64,000 nt of DNA from a virus (lineage: Duplodnaviria; Caudoviricetes): positions 14,815 to 78,814 of IMG/VR virus record IMGVR_UViG_3300021400_001692. One strand, written 5' to 3'. Below the pieces are notes generated by a model that worked only from the letters and a program-made list of their open reading frames with translations, made no database searches and was not told the origin of the DNA. Of the stretch, positions 37,307-46,226 are shown piece after piece. Each line of letters begins with the position of its first letter. The first letter of the stretch is position 1. Position numbers and translations under genes: made by a program.

Positions 37307-38050
37307 ATGGTTAAGCAGCCTGCGCCTGTCAACGCGCAGTTCAAAGTTGACGACATCGACCTTTGGAAGCAGTACAAGAAGTCGCATTCCAATGTTGACA
37401 GGGACGCCCTCCTGAAGCGCTTTGACAGTCTGATACAGACGCAGGTGAACAAGTGGGCCGGCCCTGTGCCGCGCCAGGTGCTGCTTACCGAGGCAAAGCT
37501 GCTGGCCATCAAGGCGTTCGACACATACAAGGAAGGGCAGGGCGCTGCCCTTGGCACGCACGTCGTCAACAATCTGCAGCCTCTGTCCCGCGTGGTGTAC
37601 ACGTACCAGAACTCCATGCGCCTGCCTGAGAACGCCACGCTTAAGATGCACGCCTACAACACGGCCAATGAGAACCTCAAGGCGTTCTACGGCAGGGCGC
37701 CAACCACGGACGAATTGCACAGCGAGCTTGGCTGGACTACGAAGGAAATTTCGCGCATCCGCGACTACGCGCACAACAACCTGATGGAATCAGGCCCAGA
37801 AGTTTCCGGCGACTTTTTCAGCAAGCGCGATGACGATTCCGACGTTATCCTGGCTGGCATCTATGCCGAGCTGCTGCCCGATGAAAAGACGCTGTTCGAG
37901 TTCACCACTGGCTACAACAACAGGCCGAGACTTTCCAACCCGGAAATAATGAAGCGCCTGCACATTACGCAGTCGCAGCTTTCCTACAGGAAGAAGCTGC
38001 TCACCGACAAGATCAAGTCCATAGAAAAGAGGTACAACGTCAATGGCTGA
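37307..38050 (+). CDS. Phage RNA polymerase sigma factor (sigma70 family, FliA/SigF-like)
   Basis: Region 2 (RDALLKRFDSLIQTQVNKW..AIKAFDTY..G..LGTHV), RLP, region 3 (GRAPTTDELHSELGWT..I), C-terminal HTH (EIMKRLHITQSQLSY). Confidence 0.85.
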   Translation: MVKQPAPVNAQFKVDDIDLWKQYKKSHSNVDRDALLKRFDSLIQTQVNKWAGPVPRQVLLTEAKLLAIKAFDTYKEGQGAALGTHVVNNLQPLSRVVYTYQNSMRLPENATLKMHAYNTANENLKAFYGRAPTTDELHSELGWTTKEISRIRDYAHNNLMESGPEVSGDFFSKRDDDSDVILAGIYAELLPDEKTLFEFTTGYNNRPRLSNPEIMKRLHITQSQLSYRKKLLTDKIKSIEKRYNVNG

Positions 38051-38429
38051 TCCGCAGCCGGGGTACGGCACCGTAATATCGCTTATCGACCAGACGAACA
38101 GTACGGTTTCCGGAGAGGCGGATAAGGAATCCATCCACGCGGAAACCCTTTTCGATGGTGAAAAGAACACAGACCTTGCCAACAGTGGGTTTGCCTATAA
38201 CAAGGACCATCCCCGGCTATATGGCGAGGAGATGGCCGTGCGCAGGGAGTACAACTTCATGCAGGGCGTTGCCCGCACGATGGCCATCTACAACATGACG
38301 CGCGGCGACCTCTACGGAGAGCAGCTGAAGAAAGCTAATGCTCAGCGCAAGGCTGCACTGCAGGCCGCAAAGCAGGATTCGGCCAAGTGGCGCTCCATAG
38401 GCGACAAGGTGCGCAAGGGGGAAGCGTAG
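38043..38429 (+). CDS. Hypothetical protein
   Basis: 128 aa; overlaps both neighbours. Confidence 0.65.
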   Translation: MADPQPGYGTVISLIDQTNSTVSGEADKESIHAETLFDGEKNTDLANSGFAYNKDHPRLYGEEMAVRREYNFMQGVARTMAIYNMTRGDLYGEQLKKANAQRKAALQAAKQDSAKWRSIGDKVRKGEA

Positions 38430-38887
38430 TGGATTTTTCTTTTTACATCCTGTCCGGCGAGCGGAGGCTGCATAACAACCTGTACCGCCAGTATGCCATA
38501 GCCGATGTTCCGGATGCGGAAACGGCTACTGACGACCTCCGCATTATATGCGGCAAGGTAATGAAATTTCTCCTCACATATCGCGGTACAGATCCGTACG
38601 ACCCTGACTATGGGGGCATTGCCCTGCATCGTACGCACATATCAGAGAGCCTGCTTCCGGAAATACGCAGTGAGCTGATGGACGACATAGACAGGTGCCA
38701 AAAATACTTGTGCGCCGCTGAAACGGAACGGAATGCTGTTGAAGGGCAATATGCTCACGAAAACATACGCAGCATTTCCCTTGCAGCCCTTGATTACGAC
38801 AGAGAGGCAGCTGCCGACAGGATTGAGGTGCACATACTTATAGTAACAGATCGCAACAATACAGCTGTCATAGAGGTCACGTCATAA
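38429..38887 (+). CDS. Baseplate wedge gp25/gpW-like protein
   Basis: LLTYRGTDPYDPDYGG..L pattern; directly upstream of baseplate J-like gene. Confidence 0.75.
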   Translation: MDFSFYILSGERRLHNNLYRQYAIADVPDAETATDDLRIICGKVMKFLLTYRGTDPYDPDYGGIALHRTHISESLLPEIRSELMDDIDRCQKYLCAAETERNAVEGQYAHENIRSISLAALDYDREAAADRIEVHILIVTDRNNTAVIEVTS

Positions 38888-41160
38888 TGTCAGAAATATT
38901 TGTTACCCGTGAAGCGCAGCGTAGGGCTGAAAATCTTATTACGCAATACCTGCGCAATGCTGGCTATGATGGAAGCCTGGAGGACGGCACTGGCTTATAT
39001 GATGTAGTCATACGCCCGGCTGGAACCATCTATTCTATGTTCCGGCAGGATTTGAAGAAGGCGCATGCCTACATGAGCCTTCAGGGTGCTGAGGATGTGC
39101 GTTCCGCCCTTACTAAGGACGAATATGATGACGCCGTCGACAGCATATTATCTAACTGGTTCATTTCCAGAAATGAAGGCATAAAGCCTTATGGGTACGT
39201 GCGCGTTTGGTTCTCTGAAGCCATGGATTACTGGGCGTATAGTGACGGCGACCTGGTAGCTACCTATGGCGGCGCTTCTCTTATTGCAAATATCAAGGAA
39301 ATATACGGAGAGGACACTAAAGCTTGGGGCTCACGTGACTTTAAGGAGCTGGTTAACACTACAAGCAATGCGTTAGAGTATTATATTGATGTTCCCGTTA
39401 CCAGCTCTGAAGCCCTTGATATAACTATAGACGCAGACACTGTGCTTTCCCCGAACCGCACGGACGTCCGCCTGCTTAGGGCTACCGCTGCGGCTGCGTT
39501 CTCTCCAGGAACAGACATTGAGTCGTCGGATCATTTTATTGAGCGGGCTAAGGACGCCATTACTACCAGGGAGCTGATTACTTACAGGGCTATAAACACA
39601 GTCTTGCTGGATACGTTCCCAGGCATCATAAACCTGTATACGGCAGGGCATGGCGTAGCCGAAATGATAAGGGACGTGGTAAATTTTAACGGGGTTGCCG
39701 CGCACGTAGGGAACAAGGCTGATATTTGGATGGCTTCGCCGCTGGTGGAGTTTGTTGAAACATGCCCCGTTACGGTAGACGATGATGGTGTCGCGCATAT
39801 TACGCTTAACTCCAGCCCTGCACACCTATTTTCTATTACAGATGATTATGCGTCGGAATGGCTTGTTACGGAAGGCGACCCTGATTGGGAAAGCAACATT
39901 TCAAACTACCACTTTGTTGAAGATAGTGGTTCAGGGTACGTAGACGTTGTCCAGTGGGTATATTCCGGGGAAGAGCAAGAATCCACGGCAGCCGCTTCCG
40001 AAGATTCGGAAACGGTTCACGTAGACCAAGGCATTGTAACTACGCAGTTTTTGCACAAGGATGGATTTGAGATCAGCGGAAACGCTCCGGCGGACAGCTA
40101 TAATGCGTATTCCGGAAGACTGCTTACCGGCGTAGGCAAAGACGTAAGCTCCGTATTTACTGATAGCCTGCCGGCCACCATAACTGTCGGGGCATCCGAA
40201 CCGGCTGATATTACGGTTGCGATAACAGGAGAACCTGTGCAGAGCAGCTCCACGGCTGAGCTTACTGTCATGCTCGAAGCCCCTGTTTCTGAAGACGCAG
40301 AGCTTTCGTTTTCCCTGGAAAGCACTGCTTATACGGTGGCAATAGAGGCGCAGGCGTCTTCAGCGACATTTACCGCCGTTGTTCCAGACGCTCCAGACGT
40401 AGACGTTTACCAGGACGGGACCCTGCACTTCTTTAGGTTTTTTGACGAGGCCGGGGTTTTAGACGACTACAACGAAGACACGGCGCTGCCGCAGGCCTAC
40501 GATTCTGAGAACATCCTCATTGCACGCTTGCTGCGCACCGGAAACAAAAACATCGACTACACTGCCGTAGTAAATGAGTTTTACTGGCTTGTTCCCGGCA
40601 TAGGAGCGCAGGACATACGGTTTACGCTTCCTACGCTTACGGACGGCGAAAAGGAAGAGCTTGGCGACAGCACACGTACGGTAACGGTTCGCGGCCTCAC
40701 TTCCGGGACTGCAAAAGAGGCTGAAGAGTTTGTATTTAACAGGGCGAACTGCGTCGCCTCATTTGATCCGCATGTGAAGATGAAAACGCCTGTTGTGCTT
40801 TCCTTCCTGCTAAACATAAAGTCAGAGGTCGACGACCCCACAGACGCGGACAAAATTATCCTGCAGGACGACGTGCGCAGTTCCATAGCCTCCTATATAA
40901 ATCAGATAGCTTACACTGGCGAACCTTACGCGCAGTCGCAGCTGGTAAAATATGTGCATCAGCATACTTCAGACCTGGCCCGCATAGAAATGCCGATTAC
41001 TTGCACCGCAACCATGTTCAATATGCTTACTGGAAAGAACGAAACATTCTCCGTAGGCAATACTTTTGCATTGCCGGAAGGTACATGGTCTAAGCAGGTT
41101 ACAGAGAATACGGTGCAGTTCTACACATCGGCTGACCTTATCAGCGTGACGCTCATCTAG
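38887..41160 (+). CDS. Baseplate J/gp6-like wedge protein
   Basis: LEDGTGLYDVVIRP, F.PGTDIESS..F.ERAKDAITTRELIT, GNKADIW motifs; acidic insertion. Confidence 0.75.
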   Translation: MSEIFVTREAQRRAENLITQYLRNAGYDGSLEDGTGLYDVVIRPAGTIYSMFRQDLKKAHAYMSLQGAEDVRSALTKDEYDDAVDSILSNWFISRNEGIKPYGYVRVWFSEAMDYWAYSDGDLVATYGGASLIANIKEIYGEDTKAWGSRDFKELVNTTSNALEYYIDVPVTSSEALDITIDADTVLSPNRTDVRLLRATAAAAFSPGTDIESSDHFIERAKDAITTRELITYRAINTVLLDTFPGIINLYTAGHGVAEMIRDVVNFNGVAAHVGNKADIWMASPLVEFVETCPVTVDDDGVAHITLNSSPAHLFSITDDYASEWLVTEGDPDWESNISNYHFVEDSGSGYVDVVQWVYSGEEQESTAAASEDSETVHVDQGIVTTQFLHKDGFEISGNAPADSYNAYSGRLLTGVGKDVSSVFTDSLPATITVGASEPADITVAITGEPVQSSSTAELTVMLEAPVSEDAELSFSLESTAYTVAIEAQASSATFTAVVPDAPDVDVYQDGTLHFFRFFDEAGVLDDYNEDTALPQAYDSENILIARLLRTGNKNIDYTAVVNEFYWLVPGIGAQDIRFTLPTLTDGEKEELGDSTRTVTVRGLTSGTAKEAEEFVFNRANCVASFDPHVKMKTPVVLSFLLNIKSEVDDPTDADKIILQDDVRSSIASYINQIAYTGEPYAQSQLVKYVHQHTSDLARIEMPITCTATMFNMLTGKNETFSVGNTFALPEGTWSKQVTENTVQFYTSADLISVTLI

Positions 41161-41168
41161 GAGGCGGC

Positions 41169-42974
41169 ATGGCATTCCTGGACTACGATAAAAGCAGCGT
41201 CGAGCCTGGCCTCAGCGCAGTATTTGAGCAGCTGTATTTTCAGTCTGTGCAGACCGGCGCCGTAATGACGGGCCTCAGCAGCTACTGGAACGAGAAGTAT
41301 GCCAACAGCAACGCCGAAGTAACCGGGCTTACCGGCAGGGAGGCCATAGCCCAGGCTTCCGCAGGGTACATGTCTGTTTTGTCTGGAGCGCGCACCAGGC
41401 TGCTGGAAACGATACTCCGCGCCAATATTCACGATGCTCCGGTAAACGAGCGCCAGCCTTTGGAACTGCTTTCCTTTGCGGAAAACGACTGCGAAATCAA
41501 CGAGTCGGCCGGAACGATAACCTTTACGGATACTGGCGTTCAGGACATAGAGTACCTTACTTCCCAGCTGTTCGAATCTGACGTTGTGCTTGTCAGGGGT
41601 ACGCACTTTACCGTAGATGCCGCCGCAGGAACGGTTACCTTCCTGGTCGACATATTCAACGACGGCGACATATTCGACAACACGTTCCGCGTAGGCGTTT
41701 ACCCTAACAGGCAAGTGCTTCTCTGGGGCTGGAACGTCACGGTGTTCAGCACGCACCTCTACGACCGCTACGGGCGCTTTTTATACGGCAGGCAGCCGGA
41801 TTCCATGCACTACAAGTGGATGGTAACGGCGCTGATGTACTACTACGCCAACCAGAAAAGCCTCACGGATATGGAGGCCGTGCTGAACATACTGTACGGC
41901 GCAGCGTTCGCCCTGCACGACGGCGAGGTTGTGCAAAGCATCGAAACGGTAGGCGATGACAACGAATCCTACTACTCCGTGAAAATAACCACGGACGAGC
42001 GCGAATACATATCGCACGGCTTCGCAGAGCCTCAGGTGAAGGTTGGCGACACGCTGAAGCAGTACCAGCTGCTTACCAAGATGAACACTGTGGACGACTG
42101 GATTACGCTCGAGGCCAATCCGGAACGCTTTATTACGGGCGACACCTCAGGGATGTCCCATGAAGAGCTCGTGCACAAGGCATACGAGTACTGGCATGTT
42201 CCTTCTGAGCTAACCGATGGCGAAGTGCCGGTAGATACGGCTGTTGCGCTGATGGAAAACGTGCTGAAGTACAACATGCTGTTTATCCGCGTGACAGTGT
42301 CCCTGCTGACGTACAACTCGTTTCTCGCCCAGGAGGCGGAGATACGGAAGCTCGTGCAGTCGGGCATCCCCGTATACCTGTTTCCGCTGCTTACCGTGCA
42401 AATTGTCGACCGCATGTTCGACAAGGTCGACTCGGACGACGAGTTCGCCTTCGTCGACACATACGGCATAGAAGACCATGCCTTCACAGAGGACAATCTC
42501 TACAACGGCGAGCGCACGTACAATGGCGACGCCTGCCTGTACCATGGCAAGGATTCCTTGCCGCACCGCGTATACTACGACGGCGAGCACTCCTACAATG
42601 ACCAGCGCGTGCATAGCTGGTGGTGGTCGCCGGAGCAGCACTACGATGGCACATACAACTACGGCGTGTGCTTCAACAGCTTCCACAACGGCGGGCGCGA
42701 CATATTCCGCATGGACACCATCGGCTTCACCATGGAGGACAAGTTCGAGTTCTCCGACGCCTCAAAGGACTTCAGCACGCCCATATTCTACGACGGCCGC
42801 TACGTGCACGAGGGCGGCGGGCTGCGCTACGGCAATTCCGCGGTTGTGATGCCTGAAATGGAGCACCATCTGACGTTCACGTTTGTCGAGGAATCCCCAA
42901 TCGACGACGATTTCGCGGTTAGCGAAGGCACCCTCGGCATGCTCCGCGCACTCCGCAGAAGGGCTGTAATTTAG
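41169..42974 (+). CDS. Baseplate wedge / tail-I-like protein
   Basis: Follows J-like gene; C-terminal Y(D/N)G...Y.G repeats. Confidence 0.55.
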   Translation: MAFLDYDKSSVEPGLSAVFEQLYFQSVQTGAVMTGLSSYWNEKYANSNAEVTGLTGREAIAQASAGYMSVLSGARTRLLETILRANIHDAPVNERQPLELLSFAENDCEINESAGTITFTDTGVQDIEYLTSQLFESDVVLVRGTHFTVDAAAGTVTFLVDIFNDGDIFDNTFRVGVYPNRQVLLWGWNVTVFSTHLYDRYGRFLYGRQPDSMHYKWMVTALMYYYANQKSLTDMEAVLNILYGAAFALHDGEVVQSIETVGDDNESYYSVKITTDEREYISHGFAEPQVKVGDTLKQYQLLTKMNTVDDWITLEANPERFITGDTSGMSHEELVHKAYEYWHVPSELTDGEVPVDTAVALMENVLKYNMLFIRVTVSLLTYNSFLAQEAEIRKLVQSGIPVYLFPLLTVQIVDRMFDKVDSDDEFAFVDTYGIEDHAFTEDNLYNGERTYNGDACLYHGKDSLPHRVYYDGEHSYNDQRVHSWWWSPEQHYDGTYNYGVCFNSFHNGGRDIFRMDTIGFTMEDKFEFSDASKDFSTPIFYDGRYVHEGGGLRYGNSAVVMPEMEHHLTFTFVEESPIDDDFAVSEGTLGMLRALRRRAVI

Positions 42975-42978
42975 CTGG

Positions 42979-42997
42979 CAGCCCATGCAATATTTAC
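42979..42997 (+). promoter_or_regulatory. Putative phage late promoter motif
   Basis: CAG-CCCAT-GCAATATTTAC upstream of fibre module. Confidence 0.55.
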
Positions 42998-43030
42998 TAA
43001 CAAAACCTTTGCAAAGGAAGTTTCATAGAT

Positions 43031-43525
43031 ATGAGCAGCGCCACAGATAAAGCCAAGCTGCGCGGCATTTTCAGCATGCGCGTGCTTGACCGCTCCGGCA
43101 ATGTGCTGGAGGAGTATGAAGATAATAACATGATCGTCAACGGGGCCAAGCAGGCGATGTCCTTCCTTGTCAGTGATGCCAGCCAGGCTGCGAACAAGGT
43201 TGTCACGCGCATCGGCTTCGGCACCGACACCACGGAAGCCCAGCCCGAGGACGAAGCCCTCGGCAACGAGATTCCGCCTGTTGACGTGCCGGAGGGGCAG
43301 ACCGTTGCCAGCGTGCGCAAGCAGCTTACCGGGCACTCCTATCCGAGCACGGACAGGGTGCAGTTCAACTGGGCGCTTGCCCCTGCGGAAGGCAACGGCA
43401 GCGACATCTGCGAGTTCGGGCTGTTCACGGAAGACGGCACGCTGTTTGCCCACAAGGTGCGCAGCGGCGTCGTGCACAAGGACGATTCGATGTCCTTTGA
43501 GGGAACCTGGACCATTCTTTTCTAG
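43031..43525 (+). CDS. Tail-collar/fibre-attachment protein
   Basis: NMIVNGAK, IGFGTD, EGNGSDICEFGLFTEDGTLFAHKV pattern. Confidence 0.7.
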   Translation: MSSATDKAKLRGIFSMRVLDRSGNVLEEYEDNNMIVNGAKQAMSFLVSDASQAANKVVTRIGFGTDTTEAQPEDEALGNEIPPVDVPEGQTVASVRKQLTGHSYPSTDRVQFNWALAPAEGNGSDICEFGLFTEDGTLFAHKVRSGVVHKDDSMSFEGTWTILF

Positions 43526-43533
43526 GGGCGGCC

Positions 43534-44832
43534 ATGTATCTTAAAGAGCAACCATACTGGGAGCCGGGAATCTACCGCATCGAGCCGGAAGATCCCATCC
43601 TGGGCGGCGAGTTCGGCATAGACAACGTGCAGGCGCGCCAGCTGGCCAACCGCACGCAGTACCTGCTCCGCTGGTTCCTCGCAAGCCACGACGCAGGCGG
43701 GCATCATGCGCTGAAAAACGCCGACGTGCTTGCCAATGCAGGCATCCCCGAATCCCGCGTGGCGTTTTCCGACAGCACGGCGTCCGTGAAGCAGGAGCTT
43801 GATTCCCTGCTTGCCCGCCTTGCCGCGCTGGAAGCCATGCTCGACAAGATCGGAAGCCTTTCTGGCAGCGGGGTGCAGGACCTCTACAAGGCCGAGCTTC
43901 TGTCGTGGTACTACGGCAGCCAGGGCTTCGACTTCTGCCTGTTTACGGACCAGTTCAACTTCGATGACAAGAACTCCGGCCCGTGGCACGTTTACAAGGC
44001 CGTGGCTGGCGACGACTCCATCGACATCCGCATTGCGGACGACGACCCCAACCGCCCGAAGTCTGGCGAATGGTACCTGATGACCTTCAGTGACATCGAG
44101 CACGAGCCGATTCCGGTTTTGCTGAACTACGACCTCCAGCTTGAGCGCTTTGTGCTTTCCGAGCCGCTGCCCGTGAGCACGAGCGACGCCACGCTGTCCC
44201 GCACCACATGGATAACCACCATCGGCAACGCGTATTCCGAGGCCGGCGGCGTATTCATGTCGCGGTACATCGAAACCGTAGCCGGCTACCCTGCGGCGTA
44301 TGTGACCATCAGGCACACTAATCCCGACGACGTCATCACGCTCAAGTATTACGACGGCGCCTGGCATGATGCGGAGCTGCTTGGCGACGCCGAAGGCAGT
44401 GCAACTTGGCGCGTGAGCACGGACAAGCCTTTCCGCCTTATGGTGAGCACGGCAACTAACGACAACATCACGCTTATTGCGGCGTACCCCGATCCGGAAT
44501 GGCTGGTGCCTGAATTTGTGCGGACTCCCTTCGTGGGCGAAAATTTCACCATCGAGCGCTACGGGGCTGTGTACCACGACCCCATGGATAAGCTTGTGCT
44601 GGAAACTGCTGCCACGGAAGACTTTGCCGGCTCCCTGACATTTGAGTTTTCTGCTGACAGGTTTGCTGAGAACTACAACGACCCCGTATGGTCGCTGACG
44701 TCTGTGCTTTATGATACGCATGAATTTACCGACGGCGACGTAGTGTGGTGGCGGGCCAAGTATTATTCTCAGGCAGGGCGCAGCTCCAGGTGGACGACGC
44801 CACGCGCCGACACGTACACGGAGGTTAGCTAA
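43534..44832 (+). CDS. Tail fibre-related protein, paralogue 1
   Basis: N-terminal EQPYWEPGIYRIE..D.ILGGEFGIDNVQARQLANRTQYL anchor motif. Confidence 0.7.
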   Translation: MYLKEQPYWEPGIYRIEPEDPILGGEFGIDNVQARQLANRTQYLLRWFLASHDAGGHHALKNADVLANAGIPESRVAFSDSTASVKQELDSLLARLAALEAMLDKIGSLSGSGVQDLYKAELLSWYYGSQGFDFCLFTDQFNFDDKNSGPWHVYKAVAGDDSIDIRIADDDPNRPKSGEWYLMTFSDIEHEPIPVLLNYDLQLERFVLSEPLPVSTSDATLSRTTWITTIGNAYSEAGGVFMSRYIETVAGYPAAYVTIRHTNPDDVITLKYYDGAWHDAELLGDAEGSATWRVSTDKPFRLMVSTATNDNITLIAAYPDPEWLVPEFVRTPFVGENFTIERYGAVYHDPMDKLVLETAATEDFAGSLTFEFSADRFAENYNDPVWSLTSVLYDTHEFTDGDVVWWRAKYYSQAGRSSRWTTPRADTYTEVS

Positions 44833-46226
44833 TGGCTGAAGACATCGCAAGGCGCATGCCGGAAACGGGCTTGTGGCCTGAAGGAATATACCAGCTCGAA
44901 GTTACCGACCGCGTGCTTGGCTACGAGCAGGAAAAAGACGACGGCGCATACTACGAAGCCTTGATGCAGGAAGAGCCCGGCTACGCCTACGGCCCCAGCA
45001 ACACGCAGTGGTACCAGCTTGCCAACCGCACCCGCTACCTGCGCAACCTGATGGAGGTTGCCCACGACAGCGACGGGCATCACGTTTTGCGCGATGCGGA
45101 CTTTGTCACCGGCGCGAACATCGAGGAAAGCAAGATTGCCATGGACTACCCCACGGCAGAGCTGCTTGAGGCCATTGAAACGGCTGGCAGCACCGCGGCT
45201 GCACTGGTGCAGGCCATACAAGCCGACAGCGTTTCCGGAAGGTTCCAGCTTTCCTGGGCGCTGCAGCAGCTTCTGCCCGTTTCGTGGACCATGGGCGGCG
45301 AGCGCTGCGCGTTCGACATGTTCGTGGACAGCCTGGCCCTGCGCAATACGAAGCGCTTCCATGTGTACAAGGCCGTTGTGGACGACGAAACCCCCATTGG
45401 CGACGACTCCATCGACGTTGACGACACCACGGGCCTCCGCCCCGGCGAATGGTATGTGCTGTGCAGCGACAATGGCGAGCAGGCGCAGTTTGTGCAGGTG
45501 CGCGACGTGCTTAACGAGCACCGCCTGCGTATTTTCCAGCAGTCCGTGAACACGATTACGGACGGCTGGCTTCGCAGCTGCAACGTGCCGGCCAAGGACA
45601 TGCAGGCCGTTGCTGGCACGAAGTTCTACTACGTTTCCATGCCTGTTGAGCTTGGCTTTGACGACGACGTTGAAATACGCATCCGCCACGACAAGCGCAC
45701 CTCCGTTGTTCCGCAGTTTGAAATAATGGAGCCCGGCACGGACATGTGGCAGGCTGCCGGCACTTGCGCCAAGGAAACCTCGTACTCGTATGAGGAAGAC
45801 GTTATCGTGCTGCCATCGCTTGAGATGGGCACGCGATTCCGCTTTGTTTACGAGGGCCTGGAAGAGGGCATGAAGTTTACCTCTGTGTTTCTGACCGGCG
45901 TGTACCGCAACGAGTACATCGACGACGTTTTCAGGCCGAGCGTTACCTTTGCCCAAACTGACGGAGAACACATTATACTCAGGGGCAGCGAATACCTTTC
46001 CCTTTATGGCATCGGCATAGCGAAGATGCAGGTGCAGCTGTCCGACAGCTACGACTTCCATACGGTGCTGGCTACGCTTAATAATGATACGCCGGAGCCG
46101 GAACAGGCTCAGTCTTTCGACTACGCTTCTGAAACGGCTCCGGCGTACGTGCGCATCCGGTATGTGGACTATGAAGGCGCAGTATCCAGGTGGTCTGCTC
46201 CATTTATCATTGACAGGACGGCATAA
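44832..46226 (+). CDS. Tail fibre-related protein, paralogue 2
   Basis: WPEGIYQLEVTDRV...NTQWYQLANRTRYL; shares GDDSIDV..GEWY block with paralogue 1. Confidence 0.7.
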   Translation: MAEDIARRMPETGLWPEGIYQLEVTDRVLGYEQEKDDGAYYEALMQEEPGYAYGPSNTQWYQLANRTRYLRNLMEVAHDSDGHHVLRDADFVTGANIEESKIAMDYPTAELLEAIETAGSTAAALVQAIQADSVSGRFQLSWALQQLLPVSWTMGGERCAFDMFVDSLALRNTKRFHVYKAVVDDETPIGDDSIDVDDTTGLRPGEWYVLCSDNGEQAQFVQVRDVLNEHRLRIFQQSVNTITDGWLRSCNVPAKDMQAVAGTKFYYVSMPVELGFDDDVEIRIRHDKRTSVVPQFEIMEPGTDMWQAAGTCAKETSYSYEEDVIVLPSLEMGTRFRFVYEGLEEGMKFTSVFLTGVYRNEYIDDVFRPSVTFAQTDGEHIILRGSEYLSLYGIGIAKMQVQLSDSYDFHTVLATLNNDTPEPEQAQSFDYASETAPAYVRIRYVDYEGAVSRWSAPFIIDRTA

